Below are positions 14,163 to 23,347 of a stretch of DNA of 26,417 nt, piece after piece. The position numbers were made by a program, and so were the translations under genes. Source of the stretch: a virus. Lineage: Duplodnaviria; Heunggongvirae; Uroviricota; Caudoviricetes. Position 1 is the first letter of the stretch, and each line of letters opens with the position of its first letter. Where the stretch lies: IMG/VR virus record IMGVR_UViG_2703718784_000007; one strand, 5' to 3'. The notes under the pieces were generated by a model, which did not search any database, was not told where the DNA came from, and saw nothing but the letters and a program-made list of their open reading frames with translations.

Positions 14163-15253
14163 ATGAACGTGAACTGTCCATTATCCGTGCGCTGGGTGAA
14201 GAATTTTCCGCGGTGCTGGCGGATTTACAGCGCACATTTGAGGAGAAAATAGCCGCGCAGGCACAAACGTTTGAAGAAAAACTGGCTTCCCTGTCTGTGG
14301 TATTACAGAAGTGCGTGACGGGCGATGATGTGCGTCCGATGCTTGAACAGATAGTGAAGGAGGCGGTAAGCCATATTCCTGTTCCGCGTGACGGTCGTGA
14401 CTACGATCCGGAAGTACTGCAGAAGGCGGTGAATGATGCGGTCGCAAATATTCCGCAGCCGGCGGACGGTAAAAGTCTCACCCCGGATGATNNNNNNNNN
14501 NNNNNNNNNNNNNNNNNNNNNNNNNNGCGTCCGATGCTTGAACAGATGGTGAAAGAGGCGCTAAGCCATATCCCTGTTCCGCGTGACGGTCGTGACTACG
14601 ATCCGGAAGTACTGCAGAAGGCGGTGAATGATGCGGTCGCAAATATTCCGCAGCCGGCAGACGGTAAAAGTCTCACCCCGGATGATNNGCGTCCGATGCT
14701 TGAACAGATGGTGAAGGAGGCGGTAAGCCATATTCCTGTTCCGCGTGATGGTCGTGACTATGATCCCGATGTTCTGCAGAAGGCTGTTCTGGATGCGGTG
14801 AGTGCCCTGCCGGCTCCGCAGGACGGGCGTGATGCCACGGCACTGGAAATACTCCCCGCCATTGACGATCAAAAATCCTTTCCCCGGGGCACGTATGCCA
14901 CACACCTGGGCGGACTCTGGCGGGCGTATGAAAAAACGCACGGGATGCGGGGATGGGAATGTCTGGTTGACGGGGTGGCGGATATTGACGTCAGCATGAC
15001 GGGTGAACGGTTGTTCTCTGTGGTGGTCCGGCAGAGCAGTGGCCAGCGTACGGAAAAAACATTTTCCCTGCCGGTGATGCTCTACCGCGGTGTGTTCAGA
15101 GCCGGTGAAACCTACCACCCCGGCGATACGGTGACGTGGGGCGGCTCGCTGTGGCACAGCAACAGTATGACCGGTGATAAACCCGGAGAAGCTCATTCAT
15201 CAGGCTGGACCCTGGCTGCAAAACGTGGGCGGGATGCTGGAGGCGGAAAATGA
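14159..15253 (+). CDS. Hypothetical phage structural protein with N-terminal coiled coil and tandem ~54-aa repeats; sequence interrupted by assembly gaps
   Basis: ATGA overlap with portal stop; three visible copies of RPMLEQ.VKEA.SHIPVPRDGRDYDPEVLQKAV.DAV...P.P.DG...; N-runs at 14492-14526 and 14687-14688 lie inside the repeats, so length and frame are provisional. Confidence 0.6.
   Translation: MNERELSIIRALGEEFSAVLADLQRTFEEKIAAQAQTFEEKLASLSVVLQKCVTGDDVRPMLEQIVKEAVSHIPVPRDGRDYDPEVLQKAVNDAVANIPQPADGKSLTPDDXXXXXXXXXXXXRPMLEQMVKEALSHIPVPRDGRDYDPEVLQKAVNDAVANIPQPADGKSLTPDDXRPMLEQMVKEAVSHIPVPRDGRDYDPDVLQKAVLDAVSALPAPQDGRDATALEILPAIDDQKSFPRGTYATHLGGLWRAYEKTHGMRGWECLVDGVADIDVSMTGERLFSVVVRQSSGQRTEKTFSLPVMLYRGVFRAGETYHPGDTVTWGGSLWHSNSMTGDKPGEAHSSGWTLAAKRGRDAGGGK
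14332..14830 (+). repeat. Tandem 162-bp (54-codon) coding repeats, at least 3 copies
   Basis: Copies begin at 14332, 14527 and 14689 (gcgtccgatgcttgaacag...); period 162 bp between copies 2 and 3. Confidence 0.75.
14492..14526. other. Assembly gap (35 N) inside the tandem repeat; second 2-N gap at 14687-14688
   Basis: N characters in the sequence. Confidence 1.
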
Positions 15254-15576
15254 CGGCATTACTGACACTGGAAGAGATCAAGGCACATCTGCGTGTCGAC
15301 CATGACGCGGATGATGACATGCTGATGGAGAAGGTTCGTCAGGCTACCGCCGTGCTGCTGGCCTACATTCAGGGCAGCCGGGATAAGGTGATTCGTGAGG
15401 ACGGTGAACTGATCCCGGGCGAGGCATTAACCCGGATGAAGGGGGCTGCCATGCGACTGACCGGGATGCTGTACCGGAATCCGGATCTTGCGGAGCGGGA
15501 AGAACTGCTTCAGGGGGAGCTGCCGTTTTCTGTTTCCGTGCTGATTTACGATTTGCGTTGTCCGACGGTGTTATGA
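15250..15576 (+). CDS. Head-tail connector protein (phage gp6-like)
   Basis: ATGA overlap with upstream stop; N-terminus LTLEEIKAHLRVDHDADDDML typical of gp6-like connectors. Confidence 0.7.
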   Translation: MTALLTLEEIKAHLRVDHDADDDMLMEKVRQATAVLLAYIQGSRDKVIREDGELIPGEALTRMKGAAMRLTGMLYRNPDLAEREELLQGELPFSVSVLIYDLRCPTVL

Positions 15577-15585
15577 GGAGGGGGA

Positions 15586-15936
15586 ATGGCAATATATGCA
15601 GGTCGTCTGACACAGATGATAAGTGTTCTGAACCCGGTGTTAACCCGTAATGCTGCCGGAGAAATGACGGAAGAATGGGTGTCATGCGGGAAAATTCATG
15701 CGGATATCCGTGGCAGGAGCAGCCGGGAGCGGATGCAGTCCGGTGCGGAAATGGCGCAGGCGGAAATCCGCATCTGGGTGCGCGGTCAGTCCGGTCGGGA
15801 AATCACGGCAGCGTCACGACTTCATGTGCTGAGTGGTCCATGGCGTGACCGGATCCTGAACGTTGTCGGGCTGCCCGTGCCGGATGCGACCGGCGGGCGT
15901 CTGGAAATTCTCTGTCGGCTGGGAGGGGAAAAATGA
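15586..15936 (+). CDS. Head closure / head-tail adaptor protein
   Basis: GGAGGG RBS; size and position after the gp6-like gene. Confidence 0.6.
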   Translation: MAIYAGRLTQMISVLNPVLTRNAAGEMTEEWVSCGKIHADIRGRSSRERMQSGAEMAQAEIRIWVRGQSGREITAASRLHVLSGPWRDRILNVVGLPVPDATGGRLEILCRLGGEK

Positions 15937-16379
15937 TCGAAACCCTGCTGGATTTTTCGGGGCTGGAGGACATCAGCCGCGATTTGCAGCTTCTGAGTGG
16001 TACGGAAAATAACCGGGTGCTGCGTGAGGCAACCCGTGCGGGTGCGAATGTGCTGAAAGAAGAAGTGGTGTCACGGGCACCGGTGCGCAGGGGAAAACTG
16101 CGCCGCAATGTGGTGGTCCTTTCCCGGCGCTCCCGCGATGGCGGGATGGAATCCGGTGTCCATATCCGTGGTGTTAATCCGGACACCGGTAACAGCGATA
16201 ACACCATGAAGGCGGATAACCCGCGGAATGCTTTCTACTGGCGGTTTGTGGAAATGGGGACCGTGAATATGCCACCGCACCCGTTTGTGCGCCCGGCGTT
16301 TGATGTGCGCAGTGAACAGGCAGCGCAGGTGGCGATTGTGCGGATGAACTGGGCCATTGATGAGGTACTGAGACGATGA
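15933..16379 (+). CDS. HK97 gp10-family tail component
   Basis: ATGA overlap; motif NAFYWRFVEMGT...PPHPFVRPAF characteristic of the gp10 family. Confidence 0.7.
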   Translation: MIETLLDFSGLEDISRDLQLLSGTENNRVLREATRAGANVLKEEVVSRAPVRRGKLRRNVVVLSRRSRDGGMESGVHIRGVNPDTGNSDNTMKADNPRNAFYWRFVEMGTVNMPPHPFVRPAFDVRSEQAAQVAIVRMNWAIDEVLRR

Positions 16380-16720
16380 CGGAGGCGGATTTGTATCCTC
16401 ATCTGGCGCATCTTGCCGGCGGGCAGGTGTACCCGTATGTGGTCCCCCTGCTGGATGGCAGGCCGTCGGTGGCGCTTCCGTGGGTGGTTTTCAGCCTGAT
16501 TTCATCGGTGTCTGCGGACGTGATGGGCGGGCAGGCGGAGTCCTCAGTGTCGGTGCAGATAGACGTTTATGCCGGGACTGTGACGCAGGCGCGTCAGATA
16601 CGTCAGGACGCCCGTGAAGCCATAATGCTGCTGGCCCCGGGAGCCGTCAGTGAAATGCAGGACTATATTCCGGAAAACCGCTGTTACCGTGCAACCCTGG
16701 AGTTTCAGGTCACGGTGTGA
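16376..16720 (+). CDS. Tail completion / tail terminator-like protein
   Basis: Overlapping start; position immediately upstream of the major tail gene. Confidence 0.55.
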   Translation: MTEADLYPHLAHLAGGQVYPYVVPLLDGRPSVALPWVVFSLISSVSADVMGGQAESSVSVQIDVYAGTVTQARQIRQDAREAIMLLAPGAVSEMQDYIPENRCYRATLEFQVTV

Positions 16721-16749
16721 CTTTTTCTTTTTTCCCACAAAACCCATAC

Positions 16750-16770
16750 CCCGCCGCGTGCGGGTTTTTT
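16750..16770 (+). terminator. Terminator-like hairpin (cccgc-cgcgt-gcggg followed by T6) upstream of the major tail gene
   Basis: 5-bp GC stem followed by tttttt; likely partial or attenuating within the operon. Confidence 0.4.
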
Positions 16771-16786
16771 ATTATCAGGAGGCAGA

Positions 16787-17503
16787 ATGTCTGCTTTGTA
16801 TGAACGCTCACAGCTGACGCAGGTGATGATTTCATCTGCCCCGGCGACTGCTGAAACTATGGATAAGGCGGAATATCTGCGCCTGGACTGCACCATCAAG
16901 GAAGTCCAGTTCACCGCCGGTCAGAAACAGGATATTGATGTGACCACGCTCTGCTCCACAGAGCAGGAGAACATCAACGGTCTGGGGGCGTCGTCCGAGA
17001 TTTCCATGTCGGGTAATTTTTATCTGAATCAGGCCCAGAACGCCCTGCGTGATGCTTATGACAATGACGCGTTGTATGCGTTTAAGGTGCAGTTTCCGTC
17101 CGGTAAGGGCTTTAAATTCCTGGCGGAAGTGCGTCAGCACACCTGGTCATCCGGTACCAACGGCGTGGTGGCTGCAACGTTCTCACTGCGTCTGAAAGGC
17201 AAACCGGTGTCCTTTGTGGTACCGCTGGCGTTTGTGAAAAATCTGGAAAAGACACTTACCGTGAATACCGGTGCGCTGCTGACAATGTCAGTCAGTGCCA
17301 ACGGGGGAATGCCGCCGTATAAATACGCCTGGAAGAAGGATGGTCAGCCGGTTGACGGGCAGACGACAGACACCTTCAGTAAGCCCGGTGCGCAGTCCGC
17401 TGATGCGGGGAAATATACCTGCGTGGTGACCGATTCGGCAGAGAAAGCACAGAGTGTGACGTCTGTTGAATGCACCGTGACAGTGAGCGCAGCCGCCGGA
17501 TAA
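16787..17503 (+). CDS. V: Major tail protein with C-terminal Ig-like domain
   Basis: AGGAGG RBS; position before G/GT; C-terminal ~80 aa Ig-like (PPYKYAWKKDGQPV...GKYTCVVTD). Confidence 0.8.
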   Translation: MSALYERSQLTQVMISSAPATAETMDKAEYLRLDCTIKEVQFTAGQKQDIDVTTLCSTEQENINGLGASSEISMSGNFYLNQAQNALRDAYDNDALYAFKVQFPSGKGFKFLAEVRQHTWSSGTNGVVAATFSLRLKGKPVSFVVPLAFVKNLEKTLTVNTGALLTMSVSANGGMPPYKYAWKKDGQPVDGQTTDTFSKPGAQSADAGKYTCVVTDSAEKAQSVTSVECTVTVSAAAG

Positions 17504-17517
17504 GGGGATGGGTCATC

Positions 17518-17892
17518 ATGAAAAAGGATCTGAAAACGCTGGCGCTGGCCAGACTGTCAGGGTTTCGTCATAAAACGGTGAAGGTGCCGGAATGGGGTAA
17601 TGTCAGCGTGGTGCTGCGGGAGCCTTCGGCAGAGGCCTGGTATCTGTGGCAGGACGTGCTCAATGGTGATGGAGAGGATGACGATACCCTGTCGGTGGTG
17701 GCGAAAACCCGCCGTAACCTGGAAGCGGATGTGACGCTGTTCTGCGATGTCCTGTGTGATACGGACCTGCAGCGGGTGTTCACTCCGGACGACCGTGAGC
17801 AGGTGCTGGCCGTCTATGGTCCGGTACATGCCCGGTTGCTGCGTCAGGCACTGGAACTGATCGCTGATGCAGAGTCGGCCAGAAAAAAGTAG
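17518..17892 (+). CDS. G: Tail assembly chaperone G
   Basis: ATG at 17518 (MKKDLKTL...); ends at TAG 17890-17892 just after the slippery site. Confidence 0.8.
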   Translation: MKKDLKTLALARLSGFRHKTVKVPEWGNVSVVLREPSAEAWYLWQDVLNGDGEDDDTLSVVAKTRRNLEADVTLFCDVLCDTDLQRVFTPDDREQVLAVYGPVHARLLRQALELIADAESARKK

Positions 17893-18197
17893 CCCGCCCG
17901 GAAATTCGCTTTCTGATGCGACTTGCGCTCCGTCTGGGGCGCACCTTATCCGAACTGCGCCACAGCCTGAGTGCGAGCGAGGCGATGATGTGGATGGAGT
18001 TCGACAGGGTATCCCCGCTGGGTGATGAGCGCGGGGATATCCGTAATGCACAGATCGTGAAAGCGGTTTTCGGGGCACAGGGGATGAATGTTGCACTGAA
18101 GGACGCCATGCTCTGCTGGGGCGAGGATGAGGATAAGCCGGAGGTGGATCCGTTTGCGGCGCTGGAAGACGCGCTGAGCTTTGCAGCACAGTCATGA
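17518..18197 (+). CDS. T: Tail assembly chaperone GT, produced by programmed -1 ribosomal frameshift
   Basis: The downstream ORF (track 17916-18197) is open in the -1 frame from 17889 with no independent RBS; shift site A AAA AAG at 17883-17889. Confidence 0.7.
17883..17889 (+). promoter_or_regulatory. Slippery heptamer A AAA AAG for the G to GT -1 frameshift
   Basis: Heptamer sits in the G frame as A|AAA|AAG, 1 codon before the G stop; same heptamer class as E. coli dnaX. Confidence 0.7.
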
Positions 18198-18244
18198 ATG
18201 ATGAGAACCGCTGAGGCGGTTTTTTTACGCCCGGAGAAAGGTGA

Positions 18245-21200
18245 ATGGCGACGTTACGTGAACTGATTATCAAAATTTCGGCAAATTCACAGTCATTCCA
18301 GTCGGAGATCCAGCGGGCATCCCGTATGGGCAGTGAATATTACCGGACCCTGCAGAATGGCGGACGTCAGGCTGCTGCGGCAGCCAGGGAGCAGCGCCGG
18401 GCTCTGGCTGAGCTGAACAGCCAGTTGACGGAAATCCGCGCTTCGGCTGTCGGAATGACCGGTGCGTTTGCCGGTGCCTTTGCCACCGGACACCTGATTT
18501 CGCTGGCGGATGAATGGAGCTCCGTGAATGCCCGTCTGAAACAGGCGTCGCAGTCATCAGATGAATTTTCGTCATCACAGAAAGTACTGATGGATATCAG
18601 CCAGCGGACAGGCACCGCATTTTCGGATAATGCGGCCCTGTTTGCCCGTTCGGCTGCCTCGATGCGTGAATATGGTTACAGTGCTGATGATGTGCTGAAG
18701 GTGACGGAGGCCATTTCGACAGGGCTGAAAATTTCCGGTGCCAGTACGGCAGAGGCGGGTTCGGTGATCACCCAGTTCAGCCAGGCGCTGGCACAGGGTG
18801 TGTTACGCGGTGAGGAATTTAATTCGGTCAATGAAAGTGGGGACCGGATCATTCGCGCACTGGCTGCAGGCATGGGCGTGGCCCGTAAAGATCTGAAGGC
18901 GATGGCGGACGATGGTCAACTGACGGCGGATAAAGTCGTTCCCGCGTTAATCAGCCAGCTGGGGATATTGCGTGATGAATATGCAGCCATGCCGGAAACG
19001 GTGGCTGACGGGATCACGAAGGTGGAAAACGCCTTTATGGCCTGGGTGGGTGGCGCGAATGAGGCCAGCGGAGCGACGAAAACGCTCTCCGGCGTGCTGA
19101 ACGGTGTGGCCGGAAATATTGATACCGTGGCAACAGCTGCGGGTGTGCTGGTTGCTGTCGGGGTCGCCCGGTACTTTGGCAATATGGCATCCGGTGTGGG
19201 AAAGGCCACGACAGAACTGCTTGCTGCGAAGTCTGGCACTGTTGCCCTGGCAGCGGCGCAGGCAGATGCTGCGGTTCAGGTGCAACGTAAGGCGGCGGCT
19301 GACGCTCTGGCGGCAGAACGTGCCTGGCAACTGGCACAGGCAGAACTCGCCGTGGCCAGAAATACCAGTGCGGAGGCGCTGGTCACACAGAATGCCGTCG
19401 CAAAACGTCGGGCCATGATTGTGGCCAATGCTGCACTGGTGCAGTCGAATCATGCAGTGGCGGCCTCGGGGAAGGCGCTGGAGAATGCCACGTCGGTTAC
19501 GGGAATGCTGAAAAGTGGCGCTGCATCCCTGCTTTCTCTGGTCGGCGGGATACCCGGTTTACTGATGCTTGGGGCCGGTGCCTGGTACACGGTGTACCAG
19601 CGTCAGGAACAGGCCAGGGAGTCCGCGCGCCAGTATGCATCGACGATTGATGAAATCCGGGCAAAGCTGCCAGGAATGACCCTTCCGGAACTGGCTGATA
19701 ATGAGGGTAAAACCCGCGAAGCACTGGAAGAGCAGAATCGTCTGATTGCTGAGCAGGAAAGTAAAGTCCGGGGACTGAAAACACAGATTGCTGACTATCA
19801 GCGCTGGCTGCAGGAAAATCCACAGGGTGGTTCAGGTGCGGAGATTATAACCCACGGCCTTGCTGAGGCAACCGGCAGGCTGGCGGTTGAACAGTCACGA
19901 CTGACACAGATGCAGGAAAGGGCGAGGTCTGTACAGGAAACGCTGGCGTCACTGGAGTACAACCGTGTAGCGAGGATACGTGAGGAGGCGGCAGAGCAGA
20001 ACAGGGCATACCAGGCATTACTGCAGATGAATGTTCAGCATACGGAATTCAACCGCCTGCTGGGGCTGGGTAATGAACTGCTGCAACAGCGTCAGGGACT
20101 GGCGAGTGTACCGCTGCGACTGCCACAGGCCACTCTGGATGATAAACAGCAGAGCGCCCTGAATAACACAGAGCGTCAACTTGCCCTGTCCCGGCGGAAA
20201 GGGGAAGAAAAAGAGCGTGCCCGGCTGGGGTATGCGGCGGATGACCTTGGTCTGGTGGGGGATACGTATCAGGAGGCGAGGCAGCGTTACATCCGTAATT
20301 CGATGGAAGCCTGGCGCAATAATGAGGCGAATAAACCCAAATCCCGGGGCGGAAAATCTGAGACGGAAAAAGCGGAAGACAGTTTTTCCCGTCTGCTGAA
20401 GCAGCAGAAGGAACAACTGGGACTGGCAGGGAAGAATACAGAACTGGCAAAACTGAAATACCAGACCTCGCAGGGCGAGCTGAAAACCCTGACGGAGATA
20501 CAGAAGCAGGAGCTGCTGCGCAATGCTGCCCTGATTGACCAGAAGAAAATCCGGGAGCAGTTACGGGCCCGGGAGGAGACCCTGAAAAATGATAATGCAG
20601 ACGCAAGGGCATCAAATGACGCAGAGCTGCTGGGGTACGGGCAGGGTGAGCGGGGCCGTGAACGGATGCGGGAGCTGCAGCAGATTCGTGACGGCTACCG
20701 CCAGAAGGATGCGGACCTGCAGTCTCAGTATCAGACAGGGGATATCAGTGAGGATTTTTACAGACAGGCGCTGGCGCAGAATGCGCAGTATCTGAGTGAA
20801 CGCCTTAAAGACCAGGAGGCTTTTTATGCCGAATCGGATGCGCAGCGTGCTGACTGGCAGAAAGGACTGCAGGAGGGGGTCAGCAACTGGGTGGACAGCG
20901 CATCAGATTACGCTTCACAGGCAGCACAGCTTGCGACAGACGGTATCTCAGGGATGGTAAGTAACATCACGGATATGCTGAACGGAAATAAAGTGGAATG
21001 GCGCAGCTGGGCTGCATCAATCCTGCAGGAAATATCAAAAGTTCTTATGAATGCGGCCATTGTCAACGGCATTAAGATGGCGGCAAACAGTATGTCCGGT
21101 GCAGGAGGATTTTTCGGCAGTATAGGCAACTGGCTGGGTGGCGCGGTGGCAAATGCAAAAGGCGGCGTTTATACCTCGGCAAACCTGAGTGCATACAGTA

Positions 21201-21511
21201 ACAGTATTGTGGACACGCCCACGTACTTTGCCTTTGCAAAAGGGGCAGGGCTGATGGGGGAGGCCGGACCTGAAGCCATAATGCCCCTGACCCGGGCAGC
21301 GGATGGTTCACTCGGCGTGCGTGCGGTGGGCAGCATGAACGGCAGTGCGGGTCTGGTGTATTCTCCGGTGTACCACATCGCCATTCAGAATGACGGCGCT
21401 AACGGGCAGATAGGGCCGGAAGCGGCGGGCACCCTTGTGCAACTGATTGACCAGCGGGTACAGGCGGTGATGCTGTCCATGCGACGTGACGGGGGAATGC
21501 TGAGTGGATGA
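18245..21511 (+). CDS. H: Tail tape measure protein
   Basis: 1088 aa; Ala/Gln-rich coiled-coil composition; position after G/GT. Confidence 0.9.
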   Translation: MATLRELIIKISANSQSFQSEIQRASRMGSEYYRTLQNGGRQAAAAAREQRRALAELNSQLTEIRASAVGMTGAFAGAFATGHLISLADEWSSVNARLKQASQSSDEFSSSQKVLMDISQRTGTAFSDNAALFARSAASMREYGYSADDVLKVTEAISTGLKISGASTAEAGSVITQFSQALAQGVLRGEEFNSVNESGDRIIRALAAGMGVARKDLKAMADDGQLTADKVVPALISQLGILRDEYAAMPETVADGITKVENAFMAWVGGANEASGATKTLSGVLNGVAGNIDTVATAAGVLVAVGVARYFGNMASGVGKATTELLAAKSGTVALAAAQADAAVQVQRKAAADALAAERAWQLAQAELAVARNTSAEALVTQNAVAKRRAMIVANAALVQSNHAVAASGKALENATSVTGMLKSGAASLLSLVGGIPGLLMLGAGAWYTVYQRQEQARESARQYASTIDEIRAKLPGMTLPELADNEGKTREALEEQNRLIAEQESKVRGLKTQIADYQRWLQENPQGGSGAEIITHGLAEATGRLAVEQSRLTQMQERARSVQETLASLEYNRVARIREEAAEQNRAYQALLQMNVQHTEFNRLLGLGNELLQQRQGLASVPLRLPQATLDDKQQSALNNTERQLALSRRKGEEKERARLGYAADDLGLVGDTYQEARQRYIRNSMEAWRNNEANKPKSRGGKSETEKAEDSFSRLLKQQKEQLGLAGKNTELAKLKYQTSQGELKTLTEIQKQELLRNAALIDQKKIREQLRAREETLKNDNADARASNDAELLGYGQGERGRERMRELQQIRDGYRQKDADLQSQYQTGDISEDFYRQALAQNAQYLSERLKDQEAFYAESDAQRADWQKGLQEGVSNWVDSASDYASQAAQLATDGISGMVSNITDMLNGNKVEWRSWAASILQEISKVLMNAAIVNGIKMAANSMSGAGGFFGSIGNWLGGAVANAKGGVYTSANLSAYSNSIVDTPTYFAFAKGAGLMGEAGPEAIMPLTRAADGSLGVRAVGSMNGSAGLVYSPVYHIAIQNDGANGQIGPEAAGTLVQLIDQRVQAVMLSMRRDGGMLSG

Positions 21512-21845
21512 GATTAAGACCCTTCACTGGTGTCCCCGGGAAGGGATGCAGGTGACGGAGAAACCGTCGGTGATGACGGTGAAGTTTGGCGACGGTTATC
21601 AGCAGCGTCGTCCGGCAGGACTGAATGCGCAACTGAAGACCTTTCAGGTGGTTTTTCGGGTGACAACGGATGCTGAGCGGGAGGCACTGTCCGCGTTTCT
21701 GTCATGGCATGGTGGTTACCGGGCTTTTTTGTGGAAGCCCCCGAAACATAACCGGACGGTCAGGGTGGTGTGCCGGGAGTGGAGTATTACGGATAACGCC
21801 CGGTACAGTGATTTCAGTTGCACGATAGAGCAGGTAGTTAGATGA
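21504..21845 (+). CDS. M: Minor tail protein M
   Basis: Similarity to lambda gpM as recalled (VKFGDGYQQR.PAGLNA.LKT..V.F.V....E...L..FL..HGG...FLW.PP); start overlaps the H stop. Confidence 0.8.
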   Translation: MDEIKTLHWCPREGMQVTEKPSVMTVKFGDGYQQRRPAGLNAQLKTFQVVFRVTTDAEREALSAFLSWHGGYRAFLWKPPKHNRTVRVVCREWSITDNARYSDFSCTIEQVVR

Positions 21846-22043
21846 GAATTATCCTATAAATCATTCTTTATTGTTTAGTTGTTAATTATTTTTAATCTGT
21901 CTTGTCAGAAAGTGCGAAATCGATCCTGTATTTACATTTTGTTACGTAATATAAATTGAACTAAGAATTTGTATTAAAATATTTTAATTTTTGTTCATGA
22001 CATCTGAATGCATGAATAGTTCAGTTTAAATAAGGATTAAATC
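21846..22043 (+). promoter_or_regulatory. Strongly AT-rich upstream region of the porin gene (candidate own promoter)
   Basis: Visibly AT-rich relative to flanking phage genes; AAGGA RBS before ATG 22044; no confident -35/-10 assignment. Confidence 0.3.
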
Positions 22044-23138
22044 ATGAAAAAAATGACAGTGGCACTTTCTGCTGTAGCAGTTGCAGTGATGTTTGCTGCG
22101 GGGGCGCAGGCAGCAGAAGTTTATAATAAAGATGGTAATAAACTGGATCTTTACGGGCGTGCAACCGCTCTGCATTACTTCTCGGATGATAAAGGTAATG
22201 ACGGAGATCAGACTTACGCTCGTCTCGGCTTTAAAGGCGAAACGCAGATTAATGATCAACTGACCGGATTTGGTCAGTGGGAATACCAGTTCTCTGGTAA
22301 CAAAACGGAATCTGAAGGTTCCGCGGGAAATAAAACCCGTCTGGCATTTGCAGGTCTGAGATTTGCTGATGTTGGTAGCATTGATTACGGTCGTAACTAC
22401 GGTATTGCTTACGATGTCGGATCATATACTGACGTACTGCCAGAGTTTGGTGGTGATGGCTGGACTCAGACCGATAACTTTATGACTGCCCGAACTTCCG
22501 GAGTTCTGACCTACCGTAATACAGATTTCTTTGGGCTGGTTGATGGTCTGAATTTTGCGGCGCAGTATCAGGGCAAAAATGAGCGCGATGACCTCCAGAA
22601 GGCCAATGGTGATGGGTATGGTTTCTCAGCCAGCTATGAGTTTGATGGTTTTGGTCTCGTAGCGGCGTACACGAAATCTGACCGTACTGATAAGCAGGTT
22701 AATGGAGGAAGCTCTGTTGCCAGTGGTAAATATGCTGAAATGTGGGGGGCTGGTCTGAAATATGATGCCAATAATCTGTATATTGCGACAATATATTCAG
22801 AGACCCAAAATATGACGGCTTTTGGCGATAAGGTTAACGGCATTGCGGATAAGGCAGAAAACGTTGAAGCTGTAGCGCAATATCAGTTTGATTTTGGTTT
22901 ACGTCCATCACTGGCATTCCTGCAGTCTCGTGGGCAGGAGGTTATAGTTGGTGGGAAAAACTATGGGGATCAGGACCTGGTTAAATATATTGATGTTGGA
23001 GCAACATATTACTTCAACAAAAATATGTCTACCTATGTTGATTATAAAATTAACCTGATTGACGAAAACAAATTTACTCAGAAAGCCGGTATTACTACAG
23101 ATGATATTGTTGCTGTGGGTATGACTTATCAGTTCTGA
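22044..23138 (+). CDS. Outer membrane general porin (OmpC/OmpF/PhoE family); moron inside the tail module
   Basis: Signal peptide [38 protein letters not shown]; porin hallmarks (FGLRPS..., C-terminal ...YQF); located between tail genes M and L. Confidence 0.9.
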   Translation: MKKMTVALSAVAVAVMFAAGAQAAEVYNKDGNKLDLYGRATALHYFSDDKGNDGDQTYARLGFKGETQINDQLTGFGQWEYQFSGNKTESEGSAGNKTRLAFAGLRFADVGSIDYGRNYGIAYDVGSYTDVLPEFGGDGWTQTDNFMTARTSGVLTYRNTDFFGLVDGLNFAAQYQGKNERDDLQKANGDGYGFSASYEFDGFGLVAAYTKSDRTDKQVNGGSSVASGKYAEMWGAGLKYDANNLYIATIYSETQNMTAFGDKVNGIADKAENVEAVAQYQFDFGLRPSLAFLQSRGQEVIVGGKNYGDQDLVKYIDVGATYYFNKNMSTYVDYKINLIDENKFTQKAGITTDDIVAVGMTYQF

Positions 23139-23312
23139 TTGTTGCTGGTAAGTTAATGGTTACAGGCCGTCTGCCCTTACAGGCGGTCTGTATCAATGAA
23201 AACAGTGTTTTCATTGGTCACTGCAATCAGCAATTGCCATCTGGCATATGCTGATTTAACTTTCTGTTATTACCTTTATTGGTTTTATTTTAAATTGGAC
23301 TTTTATTGTTCG

Positions 23313-23336
23313 GGGCGCGGTTGCGCCCCTTTTTTA
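23313..23336 (+). terminator. Intrinsic terminator of the porin gene (ggggcgc-ggtt-gcgcccc followed by tttttt)
   Basis: 7-bp GC stem, 4-nt loop, T6. Confidence 0.7.
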
Positions 23337-23347
23337 TGGGCGGATAT

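Noticed and set aside
14329-14830. CRISPR array (regular repeats)
   Set aside because: Repeats are 162 bp, tandem without spacers, and in-frame coding (54-aa protein repeats).
18270-21384. Many minus- and plus-strand ORFs of 60-190 aa inside the tape measure gene
   Set aside because: Nested in a 1088-codon gene of biased Ala/Gln-rich composition, which generates spurious long ORFs on other frames.
23306-23347. Upstream extension of L (track start 23306, MFGARLRPFFMGGY...)
   Set aside because: Would be translated from within the porin terminator hairpin; lambda L begins at the MQDI... methionine.
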